From a virus, in IMG/VR virus record IMGVR_UViG_3300036859_000429, positions 1-50,584 of that record: DNA of 50,584 nucleotides, one strand, 5' to 3'. The position numbers and the translations under genes were made by a program. Within the stretch, counting starts at the first letter, position 1, and each line of letters begins with the position of its first letter. Below are positions 21,098 to 29,208 of the stretch, piece by piece. The notes beneath the pieces are model-generated. The model was not told the DNA's origin. It was given only the letters and a program-made list of their open reading frames with translations, and made no database searches.

Positions 21098-21276
21098 TGA
21101 AGCGCAAATACGCGAAGCTCACGCTCGAACAACTGGGGCAACTGCTCGACGCGGCGGACATTGCGTGCGCGGCGATCCAGTACGCCCGACGCAACGGTGG
21201 GAAGTACCGCTCGGTCGAGCGGATGTTCACGAAGATCAGCGAGTACGAGCAGTTGCGCAAGGCGCTAGGTCTGTGA
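21097..21276 (+). CDS. hypothetical helical protein (59 aa)
   Basis: ATG 21097 overlaps the previous stop (TGATG). MKRKYAKLTLEQLGQLLD... Confidence 0.6.
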   Translation: MKRKYAKLTLEQLGQLLDAADIACAAIQYARRNGGKYRSVERMFTKISEYEQLRKALGL

Positions 21277-21980
21277 CGCTGCTCCCCTCAGATGAGTTCG
21301 GAATCCGAGGCTACGAAGGCAAGCCGTATGACGTCGGTATGCGCTGTTGGGTGCCCGGTTGTAGGCTCGCAGCAATCCACGCGCATCACATGTGGCCGCG
21401 CTCGTTCCTGCGCAACCAGCCGCAGGACTGGGTGCAGCTGCCGGACGGCACGATCGTCGGCAACCGCTCCGGTCTCTGCTTCCAACATCACGATGATTGC
21501 TCGTCGCCGATCGGAGGACATAAGGCGCGCATTGTCTTCTCGGGTGGCGTCTTCTACTGGGAGGAGCGTATTCCCAGCACTCCCAACATTGCGGGTTACG
21601 AGACGAACGTCGAAGCAAACGTTTGGCACCGCGTCGGTCCGCTCGACCCGCAGCCGCCCGGTGCACAAGGTCACACGATCATCCCAACGACACCGGAGAT
21701 CCAGGAAATCTGCCCGACGTGCGGACACTCGAAGCGGAAGAAGACAACCATCCCGCCGGGTGAGGCGCGCAAGACGACCGAGTGGACACTGAAGGTTCCG
21801 GCGGATGCGGAGATCGGCGCAGACGTCCTCGACGGCTGGGCGGACGACCTCGCGATCATCCTCGGTTTCGAGGACGAGTCGAGCCGCCTGCGGCGCTACC
21901 ACGCGGTCGCCACTGGGCTCGCCTGGGTCATTCAAAACAGAGATGAGTTCGTTCAGGATCTGATGGCGGCGTCGAGGTGA
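21273..21980 (+). CDS. HNH-domain protein with extra C-terminal domain (235 aa)
   Basis: GTG 21273 (GTGA overlap), in the frame of ORF 21054..21980. CWVPGC...HAHHMWPRS...GLCFQHHD is HNH-like, with an internal CPTCGH. Confidence 0.75.
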   Translation: MTLLPSDEFGIRGYEGKPYDVGMRCWVPGCRLAAIHAHHMWPRSFLRNQPQDWVQLPDGTIVGNRSGLCFQHHDDCSSPIGGHKARIVFSGGVFYWEERIPSTPNIAGYETNVEANVWHRVGPLDPQPPGAQGHTIIPTTPEIQEICPTCGHSKRKKTTIPPGEARKTTEWTLKVPADAEIGADVLDGWADDLAIILGFEDESSRLRRYHAVATGLAWVIQNRDEFVQDLMAASR

Positions 21981-22114
21981 GGCGCGGGCTGTTTCACCGG
22001 CTGCTGCACGGCCACTGGCCGGACTGGGCTTGGTACGAGATTACGGACTGGCTCGACATGCGAGGTTGTCATATCTGTGAACAGAAAAAGAGTGCTCGCT
22101 ACCCGCGAGCGTAA
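21977..22114 (+). CDS. small W-rich protein (45 aa, not in ORF track)
   Basis: GTG 21977 gives a GTGA overlap. VRRGLFHRLLHGHWPDWAWYEITDWLDMRGCHICEQKKSARYPRA. Confidence 0.4.
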   Translation: MRRGLFHRLLHGHWPDWAWYEITDWLDMRGCHICEQKKSARYPRA

Positions 22115-22166
22115 GACACGCTAGAGACCGTGCTACCTTGCTGATCTCTGAGAGGGGGTGAACGAA

Positions 22167-22349
22167 TTGAGAAAGCGAATCGCGATTCTGCTTGCGACCA
22201 TGACGCTGGCTGGCGGTGTAGCACCCGCCGCGAGCGCCGAGTTCTGGGGGACGAGTGATCCGGTGAGTGCTCCAAGCGGATACTGGGGGACAAGTGATCC
22301 CGAGGGGTACTGGGGCACCGTCTCACCAGAGGAGTACTGGGGAACGTAA
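22167..22349 (+). CDS. secreted peptide precursor with four [FY]WGT repeats (60 aa; alternative GTG 22158)
   Basis: TTG 22167 lies 8 nt after GAGAGGGGG. Signal-peptide-like RKRIAILLATMTLAGGVAPAASA is followed by EFWGTSDPVSAPSGYWGTSDPEGYWGTVSPEEYWGT. Confidence 0.6.
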   Translation: MRKRIAILLATMTLAGGVAPAASAEFWGTSDPVSAPSGYWGTSDPEGYWGTVSPEEYWGT

Positions 22350-22394
22350 GGTCCGACCGAGCGCGCTAGACTTGTTGTTGTAGGTGGGTTAGGT

Positions 22395-22437
22395 GGAACG
22401 GCCCCGCTAGGATCGGGCCGCTAAGCGGGGCCGTTCC
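22395..22437. terminator. bidirectional intrinsic terminator between the convergent arms
   Basis: Perfect 14-bp stem ggaacggccccgct / agcggggccgttcc with a 15-nt loop, followed by tttat on the plus strand. It lies between stop 22349 (+) and stop 22439 (-). Confidence 0.75.
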
Positions 22438-22438
22438 T

Positions 22439-22819
22439 TTATCTAACGGACTGCTTCAAGCCGCGGAGCGCCGACACCGGAATGTCGAGCGCCTGCGCGA
22501 TCTCCTTCTGCGTGTAGTGCTTGCCGTTGTTCTTCGCGATGCTCTGCACCGTCTCGATGATGAGATCGGCGGTCGTCTCGTGGAAGACACGAAGCATCGA
22601 CAGAACGTGCATCGCGTCCCGCGCGACGTACGCTTGCCGTAGCGCCTCCCAGTGACCGTCCAGCCGGTCAAGCTCCGAGTACAGCCGCTCGTTCATCTGC
22701 AGCTGCTTCTGAGTTCGTTCGCAACTGAGCTTGTCTTTGCACACGTAGCCGCCGTTGTTGCGGACGCGTCGCATGTCCGCGGTCGCGAACGTACGCTCAC
22801 AGGTGTTGCACGTAGGCAT
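22439..22819 (-). CDS. Zn-ribbon + C-terminal HTH putative transcription regulator (126 aa)
   Basis: Internal ATG 22819 with strong RBS AGGAGG 7 nt upstream. N-terminus CNTC...C...C. C-terminus YTQKEIAQALDIPVSALRGLKQ is HTH-like. Confidence 0.75.
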   Translation of the reverse strand: MPTCNTCERTFATADMRRVRNNGGYVCKDKLSCERTQKQLQMNERLYSELDRLDGHWEALRQAYVARDAMHVLSMLRVFHETTADLIIETVQSIAKNNGKHYTQKEIAQALDIPVSALRGLKQSVR

Positions 22820-22877
22820 GGGATGACCTCCTTCTGTCCAGCGCGCTCGGTTGTCAAGGAACGTGTCGTGCACACAC

Positions 22878-22886
22878 ATTTTATCA
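22878..22886 (-). promoter_or_regulatory. putative extended -10 promoter TGATAAAAT for the regulator gene
   Basis: The minus strand reads GTTTGATAAAATGTG in the most AT-rich stretch of the late arm. Direct repeats ACGTGTnnnGCAC (22861-22873, 22888-22900) flank it. Confidence 0.4.
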
Positions 22887-22960
22887 AACGTGTTTCGCAC
22901 CGATCACGTTCGCTCGCTCGCGTGCAGGGTGTTTGCACACGAAGTCCCTGCAAAAACTTT

Positions 22961-23995
22961 TTACTTGACACGTCTCGTGCCGACGTGGATGTGATCGAAG
23001 TGATTGCCGCCCACGTCCGTCCGGTACAACACCTGGTAGCGGATCCCGCCGATCGTCTTCGTGAGCACAAGCGGCCCCCTGCCGTTGTACTTCACTCCGA
23101 GCCTGCGCGCGATCGCCATCGCTGCTCTGTCCATCGACGACACACTCCCGCCGAGGTCGTACGCGTAGGCGTCCTTCGAGCCCGTCCAGTGATCGCTCAC
23201 CCCGCCGGACGCGGTCGTCTTGCGGTCGCGTTTCTCCGAGGTTGCGGTCAGCCCGTGCTCGCGCCCGACGTTCGCCAGTACAGTCGCAGGGTCATACGTG
23301 CCACCCCAACCACCGCCGGGGTCAGCCACCTTCACCGCGCGCGTCACCTTCTTCCCTTGCGGGTCGACAAGCTCCACACCTGACGGCGCGGGCGTAGGCG
23401 CGGGCATGCGAGTTGCCATGACCAGCTCGGTGAGCATGTCGGTCGGCTTCTCGCCCGCCGCGATCCGGCCTAGGTTCGAGAGCGCCGTCGCGTGCACGCC
23501 CATGCCCGGCATGACGGGTGCACCGGTCAGGCTCGGCGTGCCCGGCGGCAGAGGGAGCGGCCCTGAGAGCGCGGGTGGCGGTTTCCCCGTCGCACCCGGC
23601 ACCTTCACCTTGCCCAGCGCGCCAAAGATGTTCTCCACGTAACGTTGCGTCTCCGCGAACGGTGGCACGCCCCCGTACTTCTGCACGCTCCCAGGTCCGG
23701 CGTTGTACGCGGCCACCGCCAGCCGCTTGTTGCCCTTGAACGTGCGCAACTGTTCGGCCAGGTAGTACGCGCCGCCGAGCAGATTCCCGAAGCGTGTGCT
23801 CGTGTCGATCTTGTACTTCTTCGCCAGGCTCGCAGCCGTGCCCGGCATCAGCTGCGCCGGACCGCTAGCGCCCATCGGTGAGGTTTGCCAGCCTTTGTGC
23901 GAGCGCTCGCCGCGTGTGATCAGCGCGATGAACAGACGCGGGTCGACGCCTGCCTGTCGTGCCGCTTTCGCCGCTTGCTGCTCGATCGTCGCCAC
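22961..23995 (-). CDS. virion-associated lysin: N-terminal lytic transglycosylase (SLT) + C-terminal LAS/M15-like metallopeptidase (344 aa)
   Basis: ORF track. ITRGERS...GPAQLMPGTA...AAYNAGPG is the SLT signature. C-terminus SDHWTG..AYD...NHFDHIHVG is the His/Asp metal triad pattern. Confidence 0.85.
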   Translation of the reverse strand: MATIEQQAAKAARQAGVDPRLFIALITRGERSHKGWQTSPMGASGPAQLMPGTAASLAKKYKIDTSTRFGNLLGGAYYLAEQLRTFKGNKRLAVAAYNAGPGSVQKYGGVPPFAETQRYVENIFGALGKVKVPGATGKPPPALSGPLPLPPGTPSLTGAPVMPGMGVHATALSNLGRIAAGEKPTDMLTELVMATRMPAPTPAPSGVELVDPQGKKVTRAVKVADPGGGWGGTYDPATVLANVGREHGLTATSEKRDRKTTASGGVSDHWTGSKDAYAYDLGGSVSSMDRAAMAIARRLGVKYNGRGPLVLTKTIGGIRYQVLYRTDVGGNHFDHIHVGTRRVK

Positions 23996-23996
23996 C

Positions 23997-26927
23997 TCAC
24001 CGCCCCTTCTTCCACTCCTCGAACTCGGTGTCGACCGACCGTTCCTTCTGCCACTCTTCGAATTCGGTCTTCTCCGCTCGTTCCCGTTCTGTCTTGGAGC
24101 GCTCGTACGTGCTCACGCTGACGCCGTAGAGTGCGAGCGGATAGGGCAGCAGTGTCTCTTTCGGGTAGCCGTTCCTGTGGAGGTCGATCAGGTCGGTTGC
24201 GAGGATCGGGATCATGCGCGTGTACGCCGTCCTGATCACGTTCACCGGCTCACCAACGAAGTCCTTACCCATTTGCGTGTCGACGATCGCCGATGGCATC
24301 GGCGCGAGCTTTGAGCGGATGAAGCGAAGGAACGTACTGCCTGGATCCTGCCAGTGCTCGTACTTCAGTTCCCAGTTTTCATCTCGCAGCTGCGCGATTG
24401 CCATCTTGTTCTGCCAGAAGATTTGCGAGGTGTAGCGCATCACCGGCTGGAAGCCGCCGAGGATGTCGATGCGTGTGTCGCCGATCTTGATCCTCGCGAA
24501 GTCAGAGTCGCGCGGGTCGATGCCGACACTCGCCCCGGCCATCTTCGCCGTGCCGAGTATGAACCCGAGCATCGCGGTCATCGCCCAGAATTGCTCGGCT
24601 GCCTCCCGCCGTGCGACTGGGTGAAGGCTCATGTACCAGAGCGGATTCATGAAGTCGAGCCGCGACTTGAGCAGACGTGGCGAAAAGAAGCTGTACTGCA
24701 AGAACTTCAGCGCCTCTTCGGTCGCCTTGTGCTTCGCGCCGCCACGACCGGTCGACGAGTTGACAAGCCTGCCCAAACTTTCCAGCGCGTGGTCGATGTC
24801 GGGGTAGTCGTCGATCGTGTAGCCCCGCTTATCGAGATAACGCTGCAGCCGGTCAAGACCCGCGCGCGCCAAGTCCCTGCGCTGCGTGTTGCCCATGCCC
24901 GTGTACGCCCGCGCCGACGCCCGGAACGGTGCTCCCAGCACGCCCGGCAGCTTCTCGGGGAGAGGCGAGATCACCTGCTCGTCGCGCATGATGATGTTGT
25001 CGCCGAGATCGGTGAACGCAATGCCCATTCTCTTGTACAACGGGTAGAGCGGGTCTTCGACGATCTCTCGCGCCGTCATCTCAAAGAAGCTCTGGCTTCC
25101 GAACTGCCTGTGCATTTTCATCCAGTTGCGAACGAACATGCGCGGGTGTCGCGGCATCGGTACGAGCGACTGCCGTGCGCCGAACGACAAGTCGAGTGTC
25201 GACATCATCGTGCGCGGCAGGTGGTACAACTGGATCCCGGCGCTGGCGAGTTTGCGCAGGTTGCTCCGCTCTTTACGTAATGAGTCGACGGTCTCTTTCC
25301 CGAACGCCCTGTTGAGCAGCGTGACCTCGTGCGGCTGCGGCACCTCACCCTTGATCATCTTCCTGAGTCCATCGTGCGCGTTGATTTTGTCGTACATGCC
25401 AGTGAGCCCCGGGTGCCCGGTGATGTGCTCGGCCATCAGCCGAAACGTCTCGTCGTCGAGGTCGCGCAGGCCCCCAAAGTAGACCTGCGGCATCTTCCCG
25501 CCCAGCGCCTTCTTCGCCGCGCGGATCGCCATCTCTCCTTCCAAGCCGAGCATCGCCTCCTCGCCCGCGGTGGCCCGGCGAGCCGCCTCCTCCAATCGCA
25601 TGTAGCGCTGCTGCTTCCGAGCCTCGGCTGAGCCACGCACAGCCTTCCTGACGATCGCGGCGGCGTCCTCGGGAGTCGGAGGTCGCGGCGGCTCTTCCGG
25701 GGCAGCAGGAGCCAACGGGGGCTCTCCGGGGGGCCTTGGCGGCGACTCGGCGGCTCCCAAGGACGGCTCGGGGGCGGCGCGCACGTCTTCGAGCAAGCCA
25801 CCGTAAGCCTCCCTGACAGCTCTCGCGCGCTCTCCGGCTGGAGTTGCCCTGGTCATCAGGTGGACGGTTGTGTCCAACCGATCCTTCGCCAGCTTCGCAA
25901 TCGCCTCGTCTTCCATGAGCGCGTCGACCGCCGCGTGTAGCTCGGCGCGCTCCGGCACGTTCAGCGCCTTGTTCTTACGAGCCTGCCGGATCAACTGTCC
26001 GAAGAACGTCGGGCCTTCCATCGTCTCGTCGAACGTACGCTTGAACACCGCTGCGCGCTCGGCTTCGGGCACGGATCGCGCTGCCAACTTCGAGGCGAGC
26101 AGAGCGCGTCCCGCCCGCACCGGCTTCCCGAACAGGAAGGGAAGCATCGCCATGTCGGCGACCAGCCACTTCTTGTCGAAGTCCTCCCCGCGCAGCGCGT
26201 TCGCAAGATCAGGACCGATGACGAAGTTGCGGCCCAGGCTGGCCAGCAGTCGCTGGCCCCGGCTCCCTTCGCCTTCGGCAAGCTCGAAGATACCCGTCTC
26301 TGCGAGCTTCGTTTCGAGCGCTCGCTCCGCAACCTCCTGCAGCTCCTTCTTCGTTTGCGCACGCGGAGTGAAGTCAACTCGGGTCAGCTGCCCGCCGCGG
26401 CGCTCGTGCCACTGCCGCATCTCCTCCCGCTGCTGCATTTCGAGGTACGAGCCGTACTCGAAGCCGTGCTCCTGCAGAAGCTCCTTCGAGTCGATCAGCT
26501 TTGGAGGCGGATCAGGGTCGACATACGGAAGCGGTGCTGACGTCGGGATCCCAGCTTTCCCGGCGGTCCGGCCGCGTGCGACCGGCCGACTTGGCTTCGG
26601 ACGCGGGGGAGGTGGTATGCGCACGCGTCGTTCAGCGGCCGTCTCCGTCTCGCGCAGCTTCAATCTCGCCGTCGCGGAGACAGGTGCAGCCTTCGCCAGT
26701 TCGAAGCGCTTCCGCTCAAGCTCGACCTCTCGCTTGTAGTGCTCTTGCGCGCTCGGGCGACCACCCGCCTTCGGCTTGGCGCGAGGCGGCGGTTTCACGA
26801 GTGCGGCCGGGACGAACGAGGACATGTTCGCGCCGAAGATCACCGCCTGCCGTTTCGCACGAGTGTCGGGCGGCGGCTTGACGCGCTTCTTTACGCGCTC
26901 ACGCTCACGCTCGCTCTTGAGCGCCAT
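23997..26927 (-). CDS. large internal-virion/ejection-like protein (976 aa)
   Basis: ORF track. Position between smaller internal-type proteins and the SLT lysin, as in T7-like core gene order. No enzymatic motif recognised. Confidence 0.8.
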   Translation of the reverse strand: MALKSERERERVKKRVKPPPDTRAKRQAVIFGANMSSFVPAALVKPPPRAKPKAGGRPSAQEHYKREVELERKRFELAKAAPVSATARLKLRETETAAERRVRIPPPPRPKPSRPVARGRTAGKAGIPTSAPLPYVDPDPPPKLIDSKELLQEHGFEYGSYLEMQQREEMRQWHERRGGQLTRVDFTPRAQTKKELQEVAERALETKLAETGIFELAEGEGSRGQRLLASLGRNFVIGPDLANALRGEDFDKKWLVADMAMLPFLFGKPVRAGRALLASKLAARSVPEAERAAVFKRTFDETMEGPTFFGQLIRQARKNKALNVPERAELHAAVDALMEDEAIAKLAKDRLDTTVHLMTRATPAGERARAVREAYGGLLEDVRAAPEPSLGAAESPPRPPGEPPLAPAAPEEPPRPPTPEDAAAIVRKAVRGSAEARKQQRYMRLEEAARRATAGEEAMLGLEGEMAIRAAKKALGGKMPQVYFGGLRDLDDETFRLMAEHITGHPGLTGMYDKINAHDGLRKMIKGEVPQPHEVTLLNRAFGKETVDSLRKERSNLRKLASAGIQLYHLPRTMMSTLDLSFGARQSLVPMPRHPRMFVRNWMKMHRQFGSQSFFEMTAREIVEDPLYPLYKRMGIAFTDLGDNIIMRDEQVISPLPEKLPGVLGAPFRASARAYTGMGNTQRRDLARAGLDRLQRYLDKRGYTIDDYPDIDHALESLGRLVNSSTGRGGAKHKATEEALKFLQYSFFSPRLLKSRLDFMNPLWYMSLHPVARREAAEQFWAMTAMLGFILGTAKMAGASVGIDPRDSDFARIKIGDTRIDILGGFQPVMRYTSQIFWQNKMAIAQLRDENWELKYEHWQDPGSTFLRFIRSKLAPMPSAIVDTQMGKDFVGEPVNVIRTAYTRMIPILATDLIDLHRNGYPKETLLPYPLALYGVSVSTYERSKTERERAEKTEFEEWQKERSVDTEFEEWKKGR

Positions 26928-28306
26928 TACTTACCCCAGTGATCGGCAGCCCACTGCCACTCGGCCCAGAACGGCGACTTGTTCAGTGGGTGGTTCTTCT
27001 GCTTGCGCGCGTTCGCGACCGCGTTCTTGATCACGCGAAACGCGATCGAGTAGGGGACACCCTCCTCCATCGCGCGAGAGATCACAGTCTTCGGCTCTTT
27101 CCCCTTTTCGATCGCGAAGCTCAGCCACAGCCTGGCCTTGCCCGTCCAGTCTTGCTTCTGCTTGTCCGTGAAGCCACCCTTGCCCTTGCCCTTCTTCAGC
27201 CGCGTCTCACGGTCGACGGCGATCTTCAGGTTCGCCGCGCTGATGTCGAGCCCCGCCTGCCGGAACGTGTTCGAGATCGCGTTCTGAGCGGTGATGCGCG
27301 CGTTCGTCGCCGCTGCACGCTCGGCCGCACCGGCTGCCGTCTGCGCCTTCGTGAACGCCTCCGAGCCGCTCGCGATCTCCTTCGTCCGCACCACCTTGCC
27401 CTTCTTGACAACGTGGATGTAGCCGGTCAGGTTCGTCATCGCCTCGGCCTGGTCGAACGCGGTCTTCGCGCGCGCCAGCTGAAGCTCTCCGACCTGCACC
27501 TGGAACGCGCGCTCCTGCAACGCCAACTCACGCTCCTCGCGCGACTCGCCACGCAATTCTGCAAGTGCCTTCTGCACCTGAGCCGGGCGCGTGTTCTCCA
27601 GGTCAAGACCGCGCATCCGAAGCTCCTCCGTCTCCTCGCGCGTCGCGCGCATCGAAGCGAGCGCCTCCTCCGCGAGCCGGGCACCACCGGCCGCGCGCAT
27701 CGTCGAGGCTTCCGCAAGCCGCGAGGCAGCCTCAGCGGCGAGGTTCGAGGCGGGCAGGAAGCCGCCCAGGTAGTTCGTCACGTTCGCGATAGCACCGCCC
27801 TCGCTCGGGACGGCACCCCCACCGGTAGGTCCGATCGAGGCGAGCGTCTGTCCGGCCTCCTGAGCAGCACTCGACGCAGCCTCGGCGAGCGCGCCGGTCA
27901 TTCCGCCCGCGTACCCCGCCGTCCGATCAGCCGCGCCCTGGTATGCCCGCTCGATCCCAGCCGGGATCCCCTGCGTGTAACGCCCCAGCGCCTCCGAGAC
28001 ACCCCTGAACGCTTCCCCGCGCGCAAGCTCCTGACGCTCCTTAGCAGCGATAGCACGCTGAATCGCAGCCGTCTGCGGGTCGAGCAGCCCCGCCGCGATC
28101 AGCTCGGCTTCTTTCTGCAAGTCGTTGTCCACCCCGGCGACAACCTCCGGCTTGCCCGTGCGTGGGTTGACACGGGTCGTTTGCGGCTGCTTCGCGCGCG
28201 CCGCGGCGGACAGCTTGGCGCGAAGCTGCTTCGCGTAGTCCGCCCCTCTCATCACCGTCAGCGCCGGAGTCGGCGACGGCGGCGGAATCGTCATCATGTA
28301 CGTCAT
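26927..28306 (-). CDS. internal-virion-like Ala-rich coiled-coil protein (459 aa)
   Basis: ORF track. The stop overlaps the next start (TAATG). Confidence 0.8.
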   Translation of the reverse strand: MTYMMTIPPPSPTPALTVMRGADYAKQLRAKLSAAARAKQPQTTRVNPRTGKPEVVAGVDNDLQKEAELIAAGLLDPQTAAIQRAIAAKERQELARGEAFRGVSEALGRYTQGIPAGIERAYQGAADRTAGYAGGMTGALAEAASSAAQEAGQTLASIGPTGGGAVPSEGGAIANVTNYLGGFLPASNLAAEAASRLAEASTMRAAGGARLAEEALASMRATREETEELRMRGLDLENTRPAQVQKALAELRGESREERELALQERAFQVQVGELQLARAKTAFDQAEAMTNLTGYIHVVKKGKVVRTKEIASGSEAFTKAQTAAGAAERAAATNARITAQNAISNTFRQAGLDISAANLKIAVDRETRLKKGKGKGGFTDKQKQDWTGKARLWLSFAIEKGKEPKTVISRAMEEGVPYSIAFRVIKNAVANARKQKNHPLNKSPFWAEWQWAADHWGK

Positions 28307-29158
28307 TTAGACCGCCCGCTGAAAGCCGCGACCGCGCTGAGCAATCGCAGCCTGCTCCGCGAGCCGACGCCGCTGTTCCGGGGTGAGAAACGGAGTCTGT
28401 ACCGGCGGCGGTGGCGGCTGGCCTCCCCATCCCGGAGCAGTATCGGTTCTACCACCGGGCGGCGGCGGCATCCCGCCCAACTCCTCCCACCACGGCAAGT
28501 AGGTGCCCATGACGCGACCCGCCGCGGACTCGCGCGCTTCCATCTCGGCGAGCGCAAGCTCGCGCTGCGCCTGCGCGAACGACGTCTCGTATCCGGCGAG
28601 CGCGTCGAGCAGCTGCTGTGTCGCCGTCCCGCGCCCGCGCTCGAAGCCCTGCTGGATCCGCTGTTCACCGCCGGTCAATGCGCCCGAGCTGAGCATTCCA
28701 CGCCCGGCGAGCACCGCAGCGAGATCCGCCCGACTGTGACCACGCGCCTCGTTCAGCTGGCGCACCGTCGAAAGCGGATTCTGAGCTGCGGCGAGCCGGG
28801 TCGCCTCGTCGATGTCCCCGACCGGAGCGCCACCCGGCACCTCGCCGAACTGGGTGACCGCCCGGCGAACAGCACCCGTCTTCTCGCGGCCCGCAGCTGA
28901 ACCGGAAGCGGCGATCTGCGCCATCGCCGACATCAGCGACGGGTCGCCCGAGAGCAGCGCGGCGTAGTCGGGTACGTTCCAGCGCCCTGCGCGACCCGGC
29001 GCTCCCGGAACCCCGGCGGGCGTGTCGGGGGCGGGCGGGGCTCCTCCGACAGCTCCCGACATACCCATCAGCCTGCGCCGAATGTCGGGCGTGAGCAGAG
29101 GGTTCGTTCTCGGGGCTGGCCCGAACAGCGATTTTGGGGGCCGGATGATGACGGCCAT
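28307..29158 (-). CDS. internal-virion-like Gly/Pro/Ala-rich protein (283 aa)
   Basis: ORF track. No SD seen upstream. Confidence 0.7.
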   Translation of the reverse strand: MAVIIRPPKSLFGPAPRTNPLLTPDIRRRLMGMSGAVGGAPPAPDTPAGVPGAPGRAGRWNVPDYAALLSGDPSLMSAMAQIAASGSAAGREKTGAVRRAVTQFGEVPGGAPVGDIDEATRLAAAQNPLSTVRQLNEARGHSRADLAAVLAGRGMLSSGALTGGEQRIQQGFERGRGTATQQLLDALAGYETSFAQAQRELALAEMEARESAAGRVMGTYLPWWEELGGMPPPPGGRTDTAPGWGGQPPPPPVQTPFLTPEQRRRLAEQAAIAQRGRGFQRAV

Positions 29159-29208
29159 CAGGCGAGAGTGTAGATCGAATGACGGACGATGTCAGGCATC
29201 AGTACCCC

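Noticed and set aside
23997-26927. 976-aa protein as a tape measure protein
   Set aside because: No tail tube, sheath or chaperone-frameshift genes precede it. It sits after tail-collar fibre and two other internal-type proteins and before an SLT lysin, which fits a podovirus core-protein order better. This call remains uncertain.
26939-28900. 653-aa plus-strand ORF, the second-longest ORF in the track
   Set aside because: It lies entirely antisense to two well-supported minus-strand structural genes (26927..28306, 28307..29158). Its translation is Arg/Leu/Pro-rich with no motifs. This is a typical high-GC shadow ORF.
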